From the NCBI GenBank assembly GCA_002269645.1, contig NIVC01001970.1, positions 13,329 through 77,328 on the forward strand: DNA of 64,000 nucleotides, read 5' to 3'. The position numbers and the translations under genes were made by a program. The notes under the pieces were generated by a model. The model was not told the DNA's origin and did no database searches. It saw only the letters and a program-made list of their open reading frames with translations. The number at the start of each line of letters is the position of its first letter. Position 1 is the stretch's first letter. The stretch comes from Macrostomum lignano (Eukaryota). This document shows, piece by piece, positions 24,460 to 37,600 of the stretch.

Positions 24460-25190
24460 GTGTGACAATGCCCTGGGGGTTCATTCTGGGGATGTGACAA
24501 TGCCCTGGGGGTTTATTCTGGGGATGTGACGATTCCCTGGGCGTTCATTCTGGGGATGTGACAATGCCCTGGGGGTTCATTCTGGGGATGTGACGATTCC
24601 CTGGGCGTTTATTCTGGGGATGTGACAATGCTCTGGGCGTTTATTCTGGGGATGTGACAATGCTCTGGGCGTTTATTCTGGGGATGTGACGATTCCCTGG
24701 GCGTTTATTCTGGGGATGTGACAATGCTCTGGGCGTTTATTCTGGGGATGTGACGATTCCCTGGGCGTTTATTCTTGGGATGTGACAATGCTCTGGGCGT
24801 TTATTCTGGGGATGTGACAATGCCCTGGGCGTTTATTCTGGGGATGTGACGATTCCCTGGGCGTTTATTCTGGGGATGTGACAATGCTCTGGGGGATCCA
24901 TTCTGGGGATGGGACAATGCTCTGGGGGATCCATTCTGGGGATGGGACAATGCTCTGGGGGATCCATTCTGGGGATGGGACAATGCTCTGGGGGATCCAT
25001 TCTGGGAATGTGACAATGCTCTGGGGGATTCATTCTGGCGATGTGACAATGCTCTGGGGGATTCATTCTGGCGATGTGACAATGCTCTGGGGGATTCATT
25101 CTGGGGATGTGACAATGCGCTGGGGAGTTTATTCTGGGGATGTGACAATGCGCTGGGTTCATTCTGAGGATGTGATAATGCGCTAATTAA
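24460..25190. repeat. 32-33-bp minisatellite (TTATTCTGGGGATGTGACAATGCTCTGGGCGT-type) in the putative first intron
   Basis: Direct reading; variants are clustered along the array. Confidence 0.9.
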
Positions 25191-25262
25191 ATATACAATG
25201 TGTAGCATGTAAATAATCTGAATTCAAAACTTCAAATCGTTTCAGTAAGGAATAACTTGAAA

Positions 25263-25340
25263 ACTTACCTCACAAAAAATTAATAGAAATTGAACCTTTT
25301 TGAAACTGTTTTGCAATTGAATGCTTGCAGGGTTTGAAAC
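25263..25340 (-). other. Putative 5' UTR exon of paralog A ending at a perfect donor GAG|GTAAGT (25269/25268)
   Basis: Consensus donor on the gene strand. Splicing to the 24262 acceptor puts an in-frame TAA upstream of ATG 24249. The 5' limit is unknown. Confidence 0.4.
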
Positions 25341-25488
25341 TGTTAGCAGGGTTTTTAGTATTGAAGTTAATGCCTTGCCTTGTATTCGGGGCTTGGTAAG
25401 GCTGCTTTTATGCTTGACAGACTCTGAACCAGCTTCTCAATTTTATTCTGTATGTCCGCCTGAGACTCTGAGCTCAACTACACACTCC

Positions 25489-25519
<31 letters not shown>
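25489..25519. repeat. (AG)n microsatellite near the presumed 5' end of paralog A
   Basis: Direct reading. Confidence 0.9.
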
Positions 25520-25526
<7 letters not shown>

Positions 25527-26304
25527 GTTAAACGAACCATAAAATTCTAAATGTCTATTGTATTCACTGGTCCACGGAGTCTGCCTATGAGTAAATACGC
25601 CATTGAAGCCCAGAGCTGTCTACATCAATAGAGGTGCACAAACTTCACGGCGAAACGTGCTCTCAGCAAAATGCCGCGGGCAACTTGCTGGATCAGGTGA
25701 GATGGAGACAGACAGAGAGAGAATAAAAGTTTCAAAATAAGCAAACGCTATTGTTCAATTCGCATCGAAGGGCCGGCGAAACGAAGAAGAAGCAACAATC
25801 GCCCTCCTATGGGTTGCAGCGGGGCAGCAGAGCTGCTGCAAGACGGGCGTAGAAAGGCAAAGAAAATTGCAGAAGAAAAAACTTTGAGCATTTCGGCAGA
25901 AACCAACGGTAAGAGTGAGCACTGCCCACTCGGTCAAAGGTATTTGGCTGCATGGTTTAAATCCAAGCAAAAGCTCCTAAAGCTTGCAGGTTGATGAGTG
26001 CAATTCTACACTTCACTTTAGCTCCTGTAGACAGACATTATTTACTCTGGTTTGCAGCCACTGCAGCAGATTAAAGATGCGAGGTTTTAAGACAGCCGTA
26101 AACAGTTAACCAGACAAGGGAAACATTGGAAAAACTGAAATCAAAGGGTGCCATACCTAGGCATTCCAATCGTGGGATTATTTAGGGAATGAAATTTTTA
26201 GGGATTTGGTATCAGTCGGGATCCCGAAATTTCATGGCTTTAATGCCGGGATTGCTCCGGTTAGAACATTTTTTTCATTGTGGTACCAGCGTATTTTTAG
26301 GATT

Positions 26305-26585
26305 TTTATAATATAATACAATTTGATCAGCCGCAGCTATTGCGCGGCGCATCTGAAGGCTGCGTACGGCTGTTCAGTCCAAGGACTGGGGGGTCGCCAC
26401 ACACACCCTCAATTACCCCAGCTAATGCTGGCACCCATTGTACAGCTGGGTGAACTGAAGCAATGCAGAGTTGAGTGTTTTGCTCAATGTCAAGGACACA
26501 AATTGTTCTGAGTGGGTCAGGAATCGAACCCTCGACCTTCCAGTCGTGAGTCCGACGGTTCAACCACTAGACTACAATCCCAGCC
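26305..26585 (-). mobile_element. tRNA-derived SINE with CORE-like central domain
   Basis: A box TAGTCTAGTGG (26574-26564) and B box GGTTCGATTCC (26530-26520). These are followed by TGTGTCCTTG...GAGCAAAACACTCAACTC...TTGCTTCAGTTCACCCAGCTGTACAATGGG, resembling the MIR/CORE domain; AT-rich 3' end. Confidence 0.7.
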
Positions 26586-26926
26586 TCGTAGAGTCTTAAT
26601 TTTTAGCATTTTTATAAAAGTGTACAGACTATATTTAAAAGGGAACAAAGTCTGCAGCATTTGCTTTTTCGCAGTGGTCCTAGTGATTGCCAATTTTATC
26701 AGTATTCTAGACCTACCTACAAAGCACCAACAAAACTGAAAATCTTCCATAGGCATGAAGGCTTTAGAATAGAAAATATTGGGGGTATGGGAGCCCACAT
26801 TCTTCACCATAGACAAGTTTTATCAAGGATTCATCACAACTCGATTCAATGACCTCCTTCGACCTCCTTAGCTCCTCAGCTTAAACACAATTTGACTTGA
26901 TTTGCCAAACTCAGTTCAGCTTGACC

Positions 26927-27495
26927 ATGAATAGAGCTGATGCATTTGTGTGTGACATGGCCAAAGCAGGTTATGCAATGAAGGAAATCAAGGAGGCCCT
27001 GTACAAAGCCCACAAAGTCGGAGAGACAGATCTGCCGCCTAATTTGACAGGTGAAAGAGGGAGTTGGCACCAAAGGCCAGCGGAAGTTCAACCCGAAGAA
27101 GACCAAACGCTCGGTCAGACAATCACTCCTGTTCAGACAGCAGTGGAGTCGAGCCGTCGTGTAAAAATGGAGGAATTGGCAGCCGAATTCAGCCTCTCTG
27201 TCAGACCTGTCCACTTGATTGTCCACGAAGATCTTGACCTGGCCAAGCAGCAACGGTTTTCCATTGGGATAATGTCCGTCGATGATTAGGTCCGTTCAAC
27301 AGAAAGCGTGAGGAATTTTCTGGAGAGATACTTGATCCATGTACTTCCTCATCCGCTGTACTTGCCAGATTTGGCTCCCGGATACTTCTGGCTCTTTCGT
27401 AAAGCAAAACAAGAGTTATCGGTCATCCAGCTTGCTGACAACTCAGTCAGTAACGAGTTGGAACGGGTTATGCGAGGTCTCCCAGCAGAAGCATT
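26927..27495 (+). pseudogene. Degenerate, internally deleted mariner (Tc1/mariner) transposase
   Basis: HTH segment VQTAVESSRRVKMEELAAEFSLSVRPVHLIVHEDLDLAK, then VRNFLERYLIHVLPHPLYLPDLAPGYFWLF (decayed LPHPPYSPDLAP-DFWLF); the central catalytic region is missing. Confidence 0.75.
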
Positions 27496-27500
27496 TGTTC

Positions 27501-27700
27501 TGGATTCAAGGATACTGGAGGCAGATTCAAGGATACTGGAGGCAGATTCAAGGATACTGAAGGCAGATTCAAGGATACTGGAAGCAGATTCAAGGATACT
27601 GGAGGCAGATTCAAGGATACTGAAGGCAGATTCAAGGATACTGGAAGCAGATTCAAGGATACTGAAGGCACATTCAAGGATCAAAGAGGCAGATTCAATG
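27501..27700. repeat. 21-bp minisatellite (GATTCAAGGATACTGGAGGCA)n, ~9 copies
   Basis: Direct reading. Confidence 0.9.
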
Positions 27701-28219
27701 CTAAGGGAGCAAAGGGATATGAGTTAAAAAGAGTAAAATTCCAAAAATTTTCAAGTTAAGAACTTCACGTCGTTTAATGGGCTCAATAGGGGCTTTATAT
27801 TTATTAAAAATAAAGTCACACAGGTTAAGCTGGCATTCTAGATTCTGGCGCCAAAGGCATAACTTTGATAAATTTGCTATCAAGTAACTAAATACGAAAA
27901 AGCTGAAGAGAGAAATATGTTATTAGAAAAAGCACGAATAAGTTTTTGTTATAAGTAGAGGGTGAAAAAGATCGGGGCACACGAGGGCGAATGTTAGACT
28001 TAATCATTTATAATCAAAATCACTCTATAGATTAGCAAGTTATTAAAAACTTTTGCTCAGGTAGCCAAAAATTTAATTTAGTCAATATTCAAAATAAAAA
28101 GCAGTATAGCTGCTAATAATACAATTCTGTTTACTTCTTCGTTGGTTATTGATATTGTCGCAGGCCCTGTTTCATAGATTCTACAGTTTTTATCAATTTT
28201 GTTTTACTTTCGGGATTGC

Positions 28220-28225
28220 TTTATT
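28220..28225 (-). terminator. Candidate polyadenylation signal AATAAA for paralog B, ~420 nt after the stop
   Basis: tttatt on the + strand in AT-rich 3' sequence; position only, not validated. Confidence 0.3.
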
Positions 28226-28260
28226 CAATCAACGATTTCGTCATTTAACTTTTTCGGAAA

Positions 28261-28468
28261 AGCTTGTCACTTGTCAGGGCTTGTCACTTGGGGGCTTGTC
28301 ACTTGTCAGGGCTTGTCACTTGTCAGGGCTTGTCACTTGTCAAGGCTTGTCACTTGTCAGGGCTTGTCACTTGTCAGGACTGGTCACTTGTCAGGACTGG
28401 TCACTTGTCAGGGCTTGTCACTTGTCAGGGCTTGTCACTTGTCAGGGCTTGTCACTTGTCAGGGCTTA
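28261..28468. repeat. 17-bp minisatellite (GGGCTTGTCACTTGTCA)n, ~12 copies, in the putative 3' UTR of paralog B
   Basis: Direct reading. Confidence 0.9.
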
Positions 28469-28642
28469 AAATAATCAATTTTAACCTAACTGTTTCATCT
28501 CTAGCAGCACTGCGGCAGAAAAGAAATATTAGTGCAGACAGATAAGCGTTCAAGATTATCGGGTTACCAGATATTCGATCCAAGTGCTGAATAAAGCTAC
28601 AAAAATATAATACAATGTTCGCAAATGATTGATCATATCGAA

Positions 28643-31600
28643 TTAGTCAAATCCTTCGAAAACACCATCGTCGCTGCGCAAATCCAGCTGTGAACCACGC
28701 GGAGTCCGGCTCCAGGTCAACCTGGCAGTAATTGGCACACCCAGCTGGGTCCGAGCACTGCTGCCGGAGTCAGTCGATCCCAATGCGGTTCTTTCGCGTC
28801 TTGTTACACCCAGCTGGGCCCGGGCACTGCTGACGGAGTCGGTTGATTCCAATGCAGTTCCTTCGCGCCTTGTTACACCCAGCTGGGTCCGAGCACTGCT
28901 GACGGAGTCGGTCGATTCCAATGAAGTTCCTTCACGCCTTGTTACACCCAGCTGTGCCCGGGCACTGCTGACGGAGTCAGTCGATCCCAATGCGGTTCCT
29001 TCGCGCCTTGTTACACCCAGCTGTGCCCGGGCACTGCTGACGGAGTCGGTCGATCCCAATGCGGTTCCTTCGCGCCTTGTTACACCTAGCTGGGTGCGAG
29101 CACTGCTGACGGAATCAGTCGGTCCCAATGCCGTTCGTTCATGCCTTGTTACACCCAGCTGGGCCCGGGCACTGCTGACGGAGTCGGTCGATTCCAATGC
29201 AGTTCCTTCACGCCTTGTTACACCCAGCTGGGCCCGGGCACTGCTGACGGAGTCGGTCGATTCCAATGAAGTTCCTTCACGCCTTGTTACACCCAGCTGT
29301 GCCCGGGCACTGCTGACGGAGTCAGTCGATCCCAATGCGGTTCCTTCGCGCCTTGTTACACCCAGCTGTGCCCGGGCACTGCTGACGGAGTCAGTCGATT
29401 CCAATGCAGTTCCTTCGCGCCTTGTTACATCCAGCTGGGTGCGAGCACTGCTGGCGGAATCAGTCGGTCCCAATGCCGTTCGTTCATGCCTTGTTACACC
29501 CAGCTGTGCCCGGGCACTGCTGACGGAGTCGGTCGATTCCAATTCAGTTCCTTCGCGCCTTGTTACACCCAGCTGGGTCCGAGCACTGCTGACGGAGTCA
29601 GTCGATCCCAATGCGCTTCGTTCGCGTCTTGTTACGCTGGCTTCTAGACGGGCGTGCGGCGCTGACACAGTCTCCGGCTTAACTGACACTAAAATACTGT
29701 TTAACTGCACCTCGTAGCAACAGCCGCTACTCGAAACGAACGAAGCCGACTCATTTGGGACAATTGAGGCGTCGAATTTCAGTATGGCGGCACGAAACTC
29801 CTTGGACTCCTCGATGCAGGCATGGGTGCTGCAAATTTCCTTAGCAGCAAAACTCTCCCAGTGGCTTCCAGAAGATCTTATCAAAACCTGATCCTGCTTT
29901 TTTACGCTAGCACTTCCGGTTTTGAACAACCAAAACGATCCGCTGTTCTTTGAGAGCACTCTATAGTTAGCCTTAACAATGGCTTCTTCAGTGATAGCTC
30001 GGACAGAAACATAACTATCCCGAACAGGGACCTCTAAAGCCGCTTCGCAAAATCCAAATTTGTTGCTATTACAACAGCGAATACCAGCGTCGGAGGTAAA
30101 GGATTCTTTGTGACAACCCGTGGCACGCAGCTCAGGAAGAGCCTTAACAAAAGATTCCACGTATTTCCTTCCAAAAACACACGAGCCTTCAACCGATTCA
30201 AAACAAAGCGAACCTTCAAATGACACAACTTTTGGTATGTAACAAGCCTTAATTCCATTTCCAATCATAACCACTTTCTTCGACATATCGACACACACCG
30301 AAGAATTCTTAGCTTTAACTTCTGCTCGAGCCGAGCCATGCTCGAAAGAGAACTCGAGCGAGCTGGCGCATGCTTCCAATTTCGGCTCGTCCTTGTAGCG
30401 TACCGACCCGTCTGATGTAAGCAGCATCTCACAGACGCCCATGTCCTCCACATCCTGTTTCGCTCGAACGGAGCCGACCATGAAGGATGTCTCAAGGAAC
30501 GAAGCGCATTCTCTCACTTCAAGCTCTTCCTTGTAGCGTACCGACCCGACTGATGTCTGCAGCATCTCACAGACGCCCATGTCCTCCACATCCTGTTTCG
30601 CTCGAACGGAGCCGACCATGAAGGATGTCTCAAGGAACGAAGCGCATTCTCTCACTTCTAGCTCTTCTTTGTAGCGCATTGTCGAGTCCGATGTCTGCAG
30701 CATCTCATAGACGCCCATGTCCTCCACATCCTGTTTCGCTCGAACGGAGCCGACCATGACCGAAGTCTCGAGGAAGGATGCGCACTCTCTTACTTCAAGC
30801 TCTTCCTTGTAGCGTACCGACCCGACTGATGTCTGCAGCATCTCACAGACGCCCATGCCCTCCACATCCTGTTTCGCTCGAACGGAGCCGACCATGAAGG
30901 ATGTCTCAAGGAACGAAGCGCATTCTCTCACTTCTAGCTCTTCTTTGTAGCGCATTGTCGAGTCCGATGTCTGCAGCATCTCACAGAAGCCCATGCCGTC
31001 TACTTCTTGTTTCGCTCGAACGGAGCCGACCATGACCGAAGTCTCGAGGAAGGATGCGCACTCTCTTACTCCAAGCTCTTCTTTGTAGCGTACCGACCCG
31101 ACTGATGTCTGCAGCATCTCACAGACGCCCATGTCCTCCACATCCTGTTTCGCTCGAACGGAGCCGACCATGAAGGATGTCTCAAGGAACGAAGCGCATT
31201 CTCTCACTTCTAGCTCTTCTTTGTAGCGCATTGTCGAGTCCGATGTCTGCAGCATCTCACAGACGCCCATGTCCTCCACATCCTGTTTCGCTCGAACGGA
31301 GCCGACCATGAAGGATGTCTCAAGGAACGAAGCGCATTCTCTCACTTCTAGCTCTTCTTTGTAGCGCATTGTCGAGTCCGATGTCTGCAGCATCTCACAG
31401 ACGCCCATGTCCTCCACATCCTGTTTCGCTCGAACGGAGCCGACCATGACCGAAGTCTCGAGGAAGGATGCGCACTCTCTTACTTCAAGCTCTTCCTTGT
31501 AGCGTACCGACCCGACTGATGTCTGCAGCATCTCACAGACGCCCATGTCCTCCACATCCTGTTTCGCTCGAACGGAGCCGACCATGAAGGATGTCTCAAG

Positions 31601-34600
31601 GAACGAAGCGCATTCTCTCACTTCTAGCTCTTCTTTGTAGCGCATTGTCGAGTCCGATGTCTGCAGCATCTCACAGACGCCCATGTCCGTCCTACTTCTG
31701 TTTCGCTCGAACGGAGCCGACCATGACCGAAGTCTCGAGGAAGGATGCGCACTCTCTTACTTCAAGCTCTTCCTTGTAGCGTACCGACCCGACTGATGTC
31801 TGCAGCATCTCACAGACGCCCATGTCCTCCACATCCTGTTTCGCTCGAACGGAGCCGACCATGAAGGATGTCTCAAGGAACGAAGCGCATTCTCTCACTT
31901 CTAGCTCTTCTTTGTAGCGCATTGTCGAGTCCGATGTCTGCAGCATCTCACAGAAGCCCATGCTGTCTACTTCTTGTTTCGCTCGAACGGAGCCGACCAT
32001 GACCGAAGTCTCGAGGAAGGATGCGCACTCTCTTACTCCAAGCTCTTCCTTGTAGCGTACCGACCCGACTGATGTCTGCAGCATCTCACAGACGCCCATG
32101 TCCTCCACATCCTGTTTCGCTCGAACGGAGCCGACCATGAAGGATGTCTCAAGGAACGAAGCGCATTCTCTCACTTCCAGCTCTTCTTTGTAGCGCATGT
32201 CGAGTCCGATGTCTGCAGCATCTCACAGAGCCCATGCCGTCTACTTCTGTTTCGCTCGAACGGAGCCGACCATGACCGAAGTCTCGAGGAAGGATGCGCA
32301 CTCTCTTACTTCAAGCTCTTCCTTGTAGCGTACCGACCCGACTGATGTCTGCAGCATCTCACAGACGCCCATGTCCTCCACATCCTGTTTCGCTCGAACG
32401 GAGCCGACCATGAAGGATGTCTCAAGGAACGAAGCGCATTCTCTCACTTCTAGCTCTTCTTTGTAGCGCATTGTCGAGTCCGATGTCTGCAGCATCTCAC
32501 AGAAGCCCATGCCTCTACTTCTTGTTTCGCTCGAACGGAGCCGACCATGACCGAAGTCTCGAGGAAGGATGCGCACTCTCTTACTTCAAGCTCTTCCTTG
32601 TAGCGTACCGACCCGACTGATGTCTGCAGCATCTCACAGACGCCCATGTCCTCCACATCCTGTTTCGCTCGAACGGAGCCGACCATGAAGGATGTCTCAA
32701 GGAACGAAGCGCATTCTCTCACTTCTAGCTCTTCTTTGTAGCGCATTGTCGAGTCCGATGTCTGCAGCATCTCACAGACGCCCATGTCCTCCACATCCTG
32801 TTTCGCTCGAACGGAGCCGACCATGAAGGATGTCTCAAGGAACGAAGCGCATTCTCTCACTTCTAGCTCTTCTTTGTAGCGCATTGTCGAGTCCGATGTC
32901 TGCAGCATCTCACAGACGCCCATGTCCTCCACATCCTGTTTCGCTCGAACGGAGCCGACCATGACCGAAGTCTCGAGGAAGGATGCGCACTCTCTTACTT
33001 CAAGCTCTTCCTTGTAGCGTACCGACCCGACTGATGTCTGCAGCATCTCACAGACGCCCATGTCCTCCACATCCTGTTTCGCTCGAACGGAGCCGACCAT
33101 GAAGGATGTCTCAAGGAACGAAGCGCATTCTCTCACTTCAGCTCTTCTTTGTAGCGCATTGTCGAGTCCGATGTCTGCAGCATCTCACAGACGCCCATGC
33201 CGTCTACATCTGTTTCGCTCGAACGGAGCCGACCATGACCGAAGTCTCGAGGAAGGATGCGCACTCTCTTACTTCAAGCTCTTCCTTGTAGCGTACCGAC
33301 CCGACTGATGTCTGCAGCATCTCACAGACGCCCATGTCCTCCACATCCTGTTTCGCTCGAACGGAGCCGACCATGAAGGATGTCTCAAGGAACGAAGCGC
33401 ATTCTCTCACTTCTAGCTCTTCTTTGTAGCGCATTGTCGAGTCCGATGTCTGCAGCATCTCACAGACGCCCATGTCCTCCACATCCTGTTTCGCTCGAAC
33501 GGAGCCGACCATGACCGAAGTCTCGAGGAAGGATGCGCACTCTCTTACTTCAAGCTCTTCCTTGTAGCGTACCGACCCGACTGATGTCTGCAGCATCTCA
33601 CAGACGCCCATGTCCTCCACATCCTGTTTCGCTCGAACGGAGCCGACCATGAAGGATGTCTCAAGGAACGAAGCGCATTCTCTCACTTCAGCTCTTCTTT
33701 GTAGCGCATTGTCGAGTCCGATGTCTGCAGCATCTCACAGACGCCCATGCCGTCTACTTCTGTTTCGCTCGAACGGAGCCGACCATGACCGAAGTCTCGA
33801 GGAAGGATGCGCACTCTCTTACTTCAAGCTCTTCCTTGTAGCGTACCGACCCGACTGATGTCTGCAGCATCTCACAGACGCCCATGTCCTCCACATCCTG
33901 TTTCGCTCGAACGGAGCCGACCATGAAGGATGTCTCAAGGAACGAAGCGCATTCTCTCACTTCTAGCTCTTCTTTGTAGCGCATTGTCGAGTCCGATGTC
34001 TGCAGCATCTCACAGACGCCCATGTCCTCCACATCCTGTTTCGCTCGAACGGAGCCGACCATGAAGGATGTCTCAAGGAACGAAGCGCATTCTCTCACTT
34101 CTAGCTCTTCTTTGTAGCGCATTGTCGAGTCCGATGTCTGCAGCATCTCACAGACGCCCATGTCCTCCACATCCTGTTTCGCTCGAACGGAGCCGACCAT
34201 GACCGAAGTCTCGAGGAAGGATGCGCACTCTCTTACTTCAAGCTCTTCCTTGTAGCGTACCGACCCGACTGATGTCTGCAGCATCTCACAGACGCCCATG
34301 TCCTCCACATCCTGTTTCGCTCGAACGGAGCCGACCATGACCGAAGTCTCGAGGAAGGATGCGCACTCTCTTACTTCAAGCTCTTCTTTGTAGCGTACCG
34401 ACCCGACTGATGTCTGCAGCATCTCACAGACGCCCATGTCCTCCACATCCTGTTTCGCTCGAACGGAGCCGACCATGAAGGATGTCTCAAGGAACGAAGC
34501 GCATTCTCTCACTTCAGCTCTTCTTTGTAGCGCATTGTCGAGTCCGATGTCTGCAGCATCTCACAGACGCCCATGTCCTCCACATCCTGTTTCGCTCGAA

Positions 34601-37600
34601 CGGAGCCGACCATGACCGAAGTCTCGAGGAAGGATGCGCACTCTCTTACTTCAAGCTCTTCCTTGTAGCGTACCGACCCGACTGATGTCTGCAGCATCTC
34701 ACAGACGCCCATGTCCTCCACATCCTGTTTCGCTCGAACGGAGCCGACCATGAAGGATGTCTCAAGGAACGAAGCGCATTCTCTCACTTCAGCTCTTCTT
34801 TGTAGCGCATTGTCGAGTCCGATGTCTGCAGCATCTCACAGACGCCCATGCCTCACATCTGTTTCGCTCGAACGGAGCCGACCATGACCGAAGTCTCAAG
34901 GAAGGATGCGCACTCTCTTACTTCAAGCTCTTCCTTGTAGCGTACCGACCCGACTGATGTCTGCAGCATCTCACAGACGCCCATGTCCTCCACATCCTGT
35001 TTCGCTCGAACGGAGCCGACCATGAAGGATGTCTCAAGGAACGAAGCGCATTCTCTCACTTCTAGCTCTTCTTTGTAGCGCATTGTCGAGTCCGATGTCT
35101 GCAGCATCTCACAGACGCCCATGTCCTCACTTCTGTTTCGCTCGAACGGAGCCGACCATGACGAAGTCTCGAGGAAGGATGCGCACTCTCTTACTTCAAG
35201 CTCTTCCTTGTAGCGTACCGACCCGACTGATGTCTGCAGCATCTCACAGACGCCCATGTCCTCCACATCCTGTTTCGCTCGAACGGAGCCGACCATGACC
35301 GAAGTCTCGAGGAAGGATGCGCACTCTCTTACTTCAAGCTCTTCTTTGTAGCGTACCGACCCGACTGATGTCTGCAGCATCTCACAGACGCCCATGTCCT
35401 CCACATCCTGTTTCGCTCGAACGGAGCCGACCATGAAGGATGTCTCAAGGAACGAAGCGCATTCTCTCACTTCTAGCTCTTCTTGTAGCGCATTGTCGAG
35501 TCCGATGTCTGCAGCATCTCACAGACGCCCATGTCCTCCACATCCTGTTTCGCTCGAACGGAGCCGACCATGACCGAAGTCTCGAGGAAGGATGCGCACT
35601 CTCTTACTTCAAGCTCTTCCTTGTAGCGTACCGACCCGACTGATGTCTGCAGCATCTCACAGACGCCCATGTCCTCCACATCCTGTTTCGCTCGAACGGA
35701 GCCGACCATGAAGGATGTCTCAAGGAACGAAGCGCATTCTCTCACTTCAGCTCTTCTTTGTAGCGCATTGTCGAGTCCGATGTCTGCAGCATCTCACAGA
35801 CGCCCATGTCCTACATCTGTTTCGCTCGAACGGAGCCGACCATGACCGAAGTCTCGAGGAAGGATGCGCACTCTCTTACTTCAAGCTCTTCCTTGTAGCG
35901 TACCGACCCGACTGATGTCTGCAGCATCTCACAGACGCCCATGTCCTCCACATCCTGTTTCGCTCGAACGGAGCCGACCATGAAGGATGTCTCAAGGAAC
36001 GAAGCGCATTCTCTCACTTCTAGCTCTTCTTTGTAGCGCATTGTCGAGTCCGATGTCTGCAGCATCTCACAGACGCCCATGCCTCACATCCTGTTTCGCT
36101 CGAACGGAGCCGACCATGACCGAAGTCTCGAGGAAGGATGCGCACTCTCTTACTTCAAGCTCTTCCTTGTAGCGTACCGACCCGACTGATGTCTGCAGCA
36201 TCTCACAGACGCCCATGTCCTCCACATCCTGTTTCGCTCGAACGGAGCCGACCATGAAGGATGTCTCAAGGAACGAAGCGCATTCTCTCACTTCTAGCTC
36301 TTCTTTGTAGCGCATTGTCGAGTCCGATGTCTGCAGCATCTCACAGACGCCCATGTCCTCCACATCCTGTTTCGCTCGAACGGAGCCGACCATGACCGAA
36401 GTCTCGAGGAAGGATGCGCACTCTCTTACTTCAAGCTCTTCCTTGTAGCGTACCGACCCGACTGATGTCTGCAGCATCTCACAGACGCCCATGTCCTCCA
36501 CATCCTGTTTCGCTCGAACGGAGCCGACCATGAAGGATGTCTCAAGGAACGAAGCGCATTCTCTCACTTCTAGCTCTTCTTTGTAGCGCATTGTCGAGTC
36601 CGATGTCTGCAGCATCTCACAGACGCCCATGTCCTCCACATCCTGTTTCGCTCGAACGGAGCCGACCATGACCGAAGTCTCGAGGAAGGATGCGCACTCT
36701 CTTACTTCAAGCTCTTCCTTGTAGCGTACCGACCCGACTGATGTCTGCAGCATCTCACAGACGCCCATGTCCTCCACATCCTGTTTCGCTCGAACGGAGC
36801 CGACCATGAAGGATGTCTCAAGGAACGAAGCGCATTCTCTCACTTCTAGCTCTTCTTTGTAGCGCATTGTCGAGTCCGATGTCTGCAGCATCTCACAGAC
36901 GCCCATGTCCTCCACATCCTGTTTCGCTCGAACGGAGCCGACCATGACCGAAGTCTCGAGGAAGGATGCGCACTCTCTTACTTCAAGCTCTTCCTTGTAG
37001 CGTACCGACCCGACTGATGTCTGCAGCATCTCACAGACGCCCATGTCCTCCACATCCTGTTTCGCTCGAACGGAGCCGACCATGACCGAAGTCTCGAGGA
37101 AGGATGCGCACTCTCTTACTTCAAGCTCTTCCTTGTAGCGTACCGACCCGACTGATGTCTGCAGCATCTCACAGACGCCCATGTCCTCCACATCCTGTTT
37201 CGCTCGAACGGAGCCGACCATGAAGGATGTCTCAAGGAACGAAGCGCATTCTCTCACTTCTAGCTCTTCTTTGTAGCGCATTGTCGAGTCCGATGTCTGC
37301 AGCATCTCACAGACGCCCATGTCCTCCACATCCTGTTTCGCTCGAACGGAGCCGACCATGACCGAAGTCTCGAGGAAGGATGCGCACTCTCTTACTTCAA
37401 GCTCTTCCTTGTAGCGTACCGACCCGACTGATGTCTGCAGCATCTCACAGACGCCCATGTCCTCCACATCCTGTTTCGCTCGAACGGAGCCGACCATGAA
37501 GGATGTCTCAAGGAACGAAGCGCATTCTCTCACTTCAGCTCTTCTTTGTAGCGCATTGTCGAGTCCGATGTCTGCAGCATCTCACAGACGCCCATGTCCT

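Noticed and set aside
25755-25994. Short ORFs on both strands upstream of paralog A
   Set aside because: No recognisable motif or consistent exon chain; cannot be supported.
26500-26585. tRNA gene
   Set aside because: A and B boxes are present, but there is no matching acceptor stem or terminator and it continues into a SINE body.
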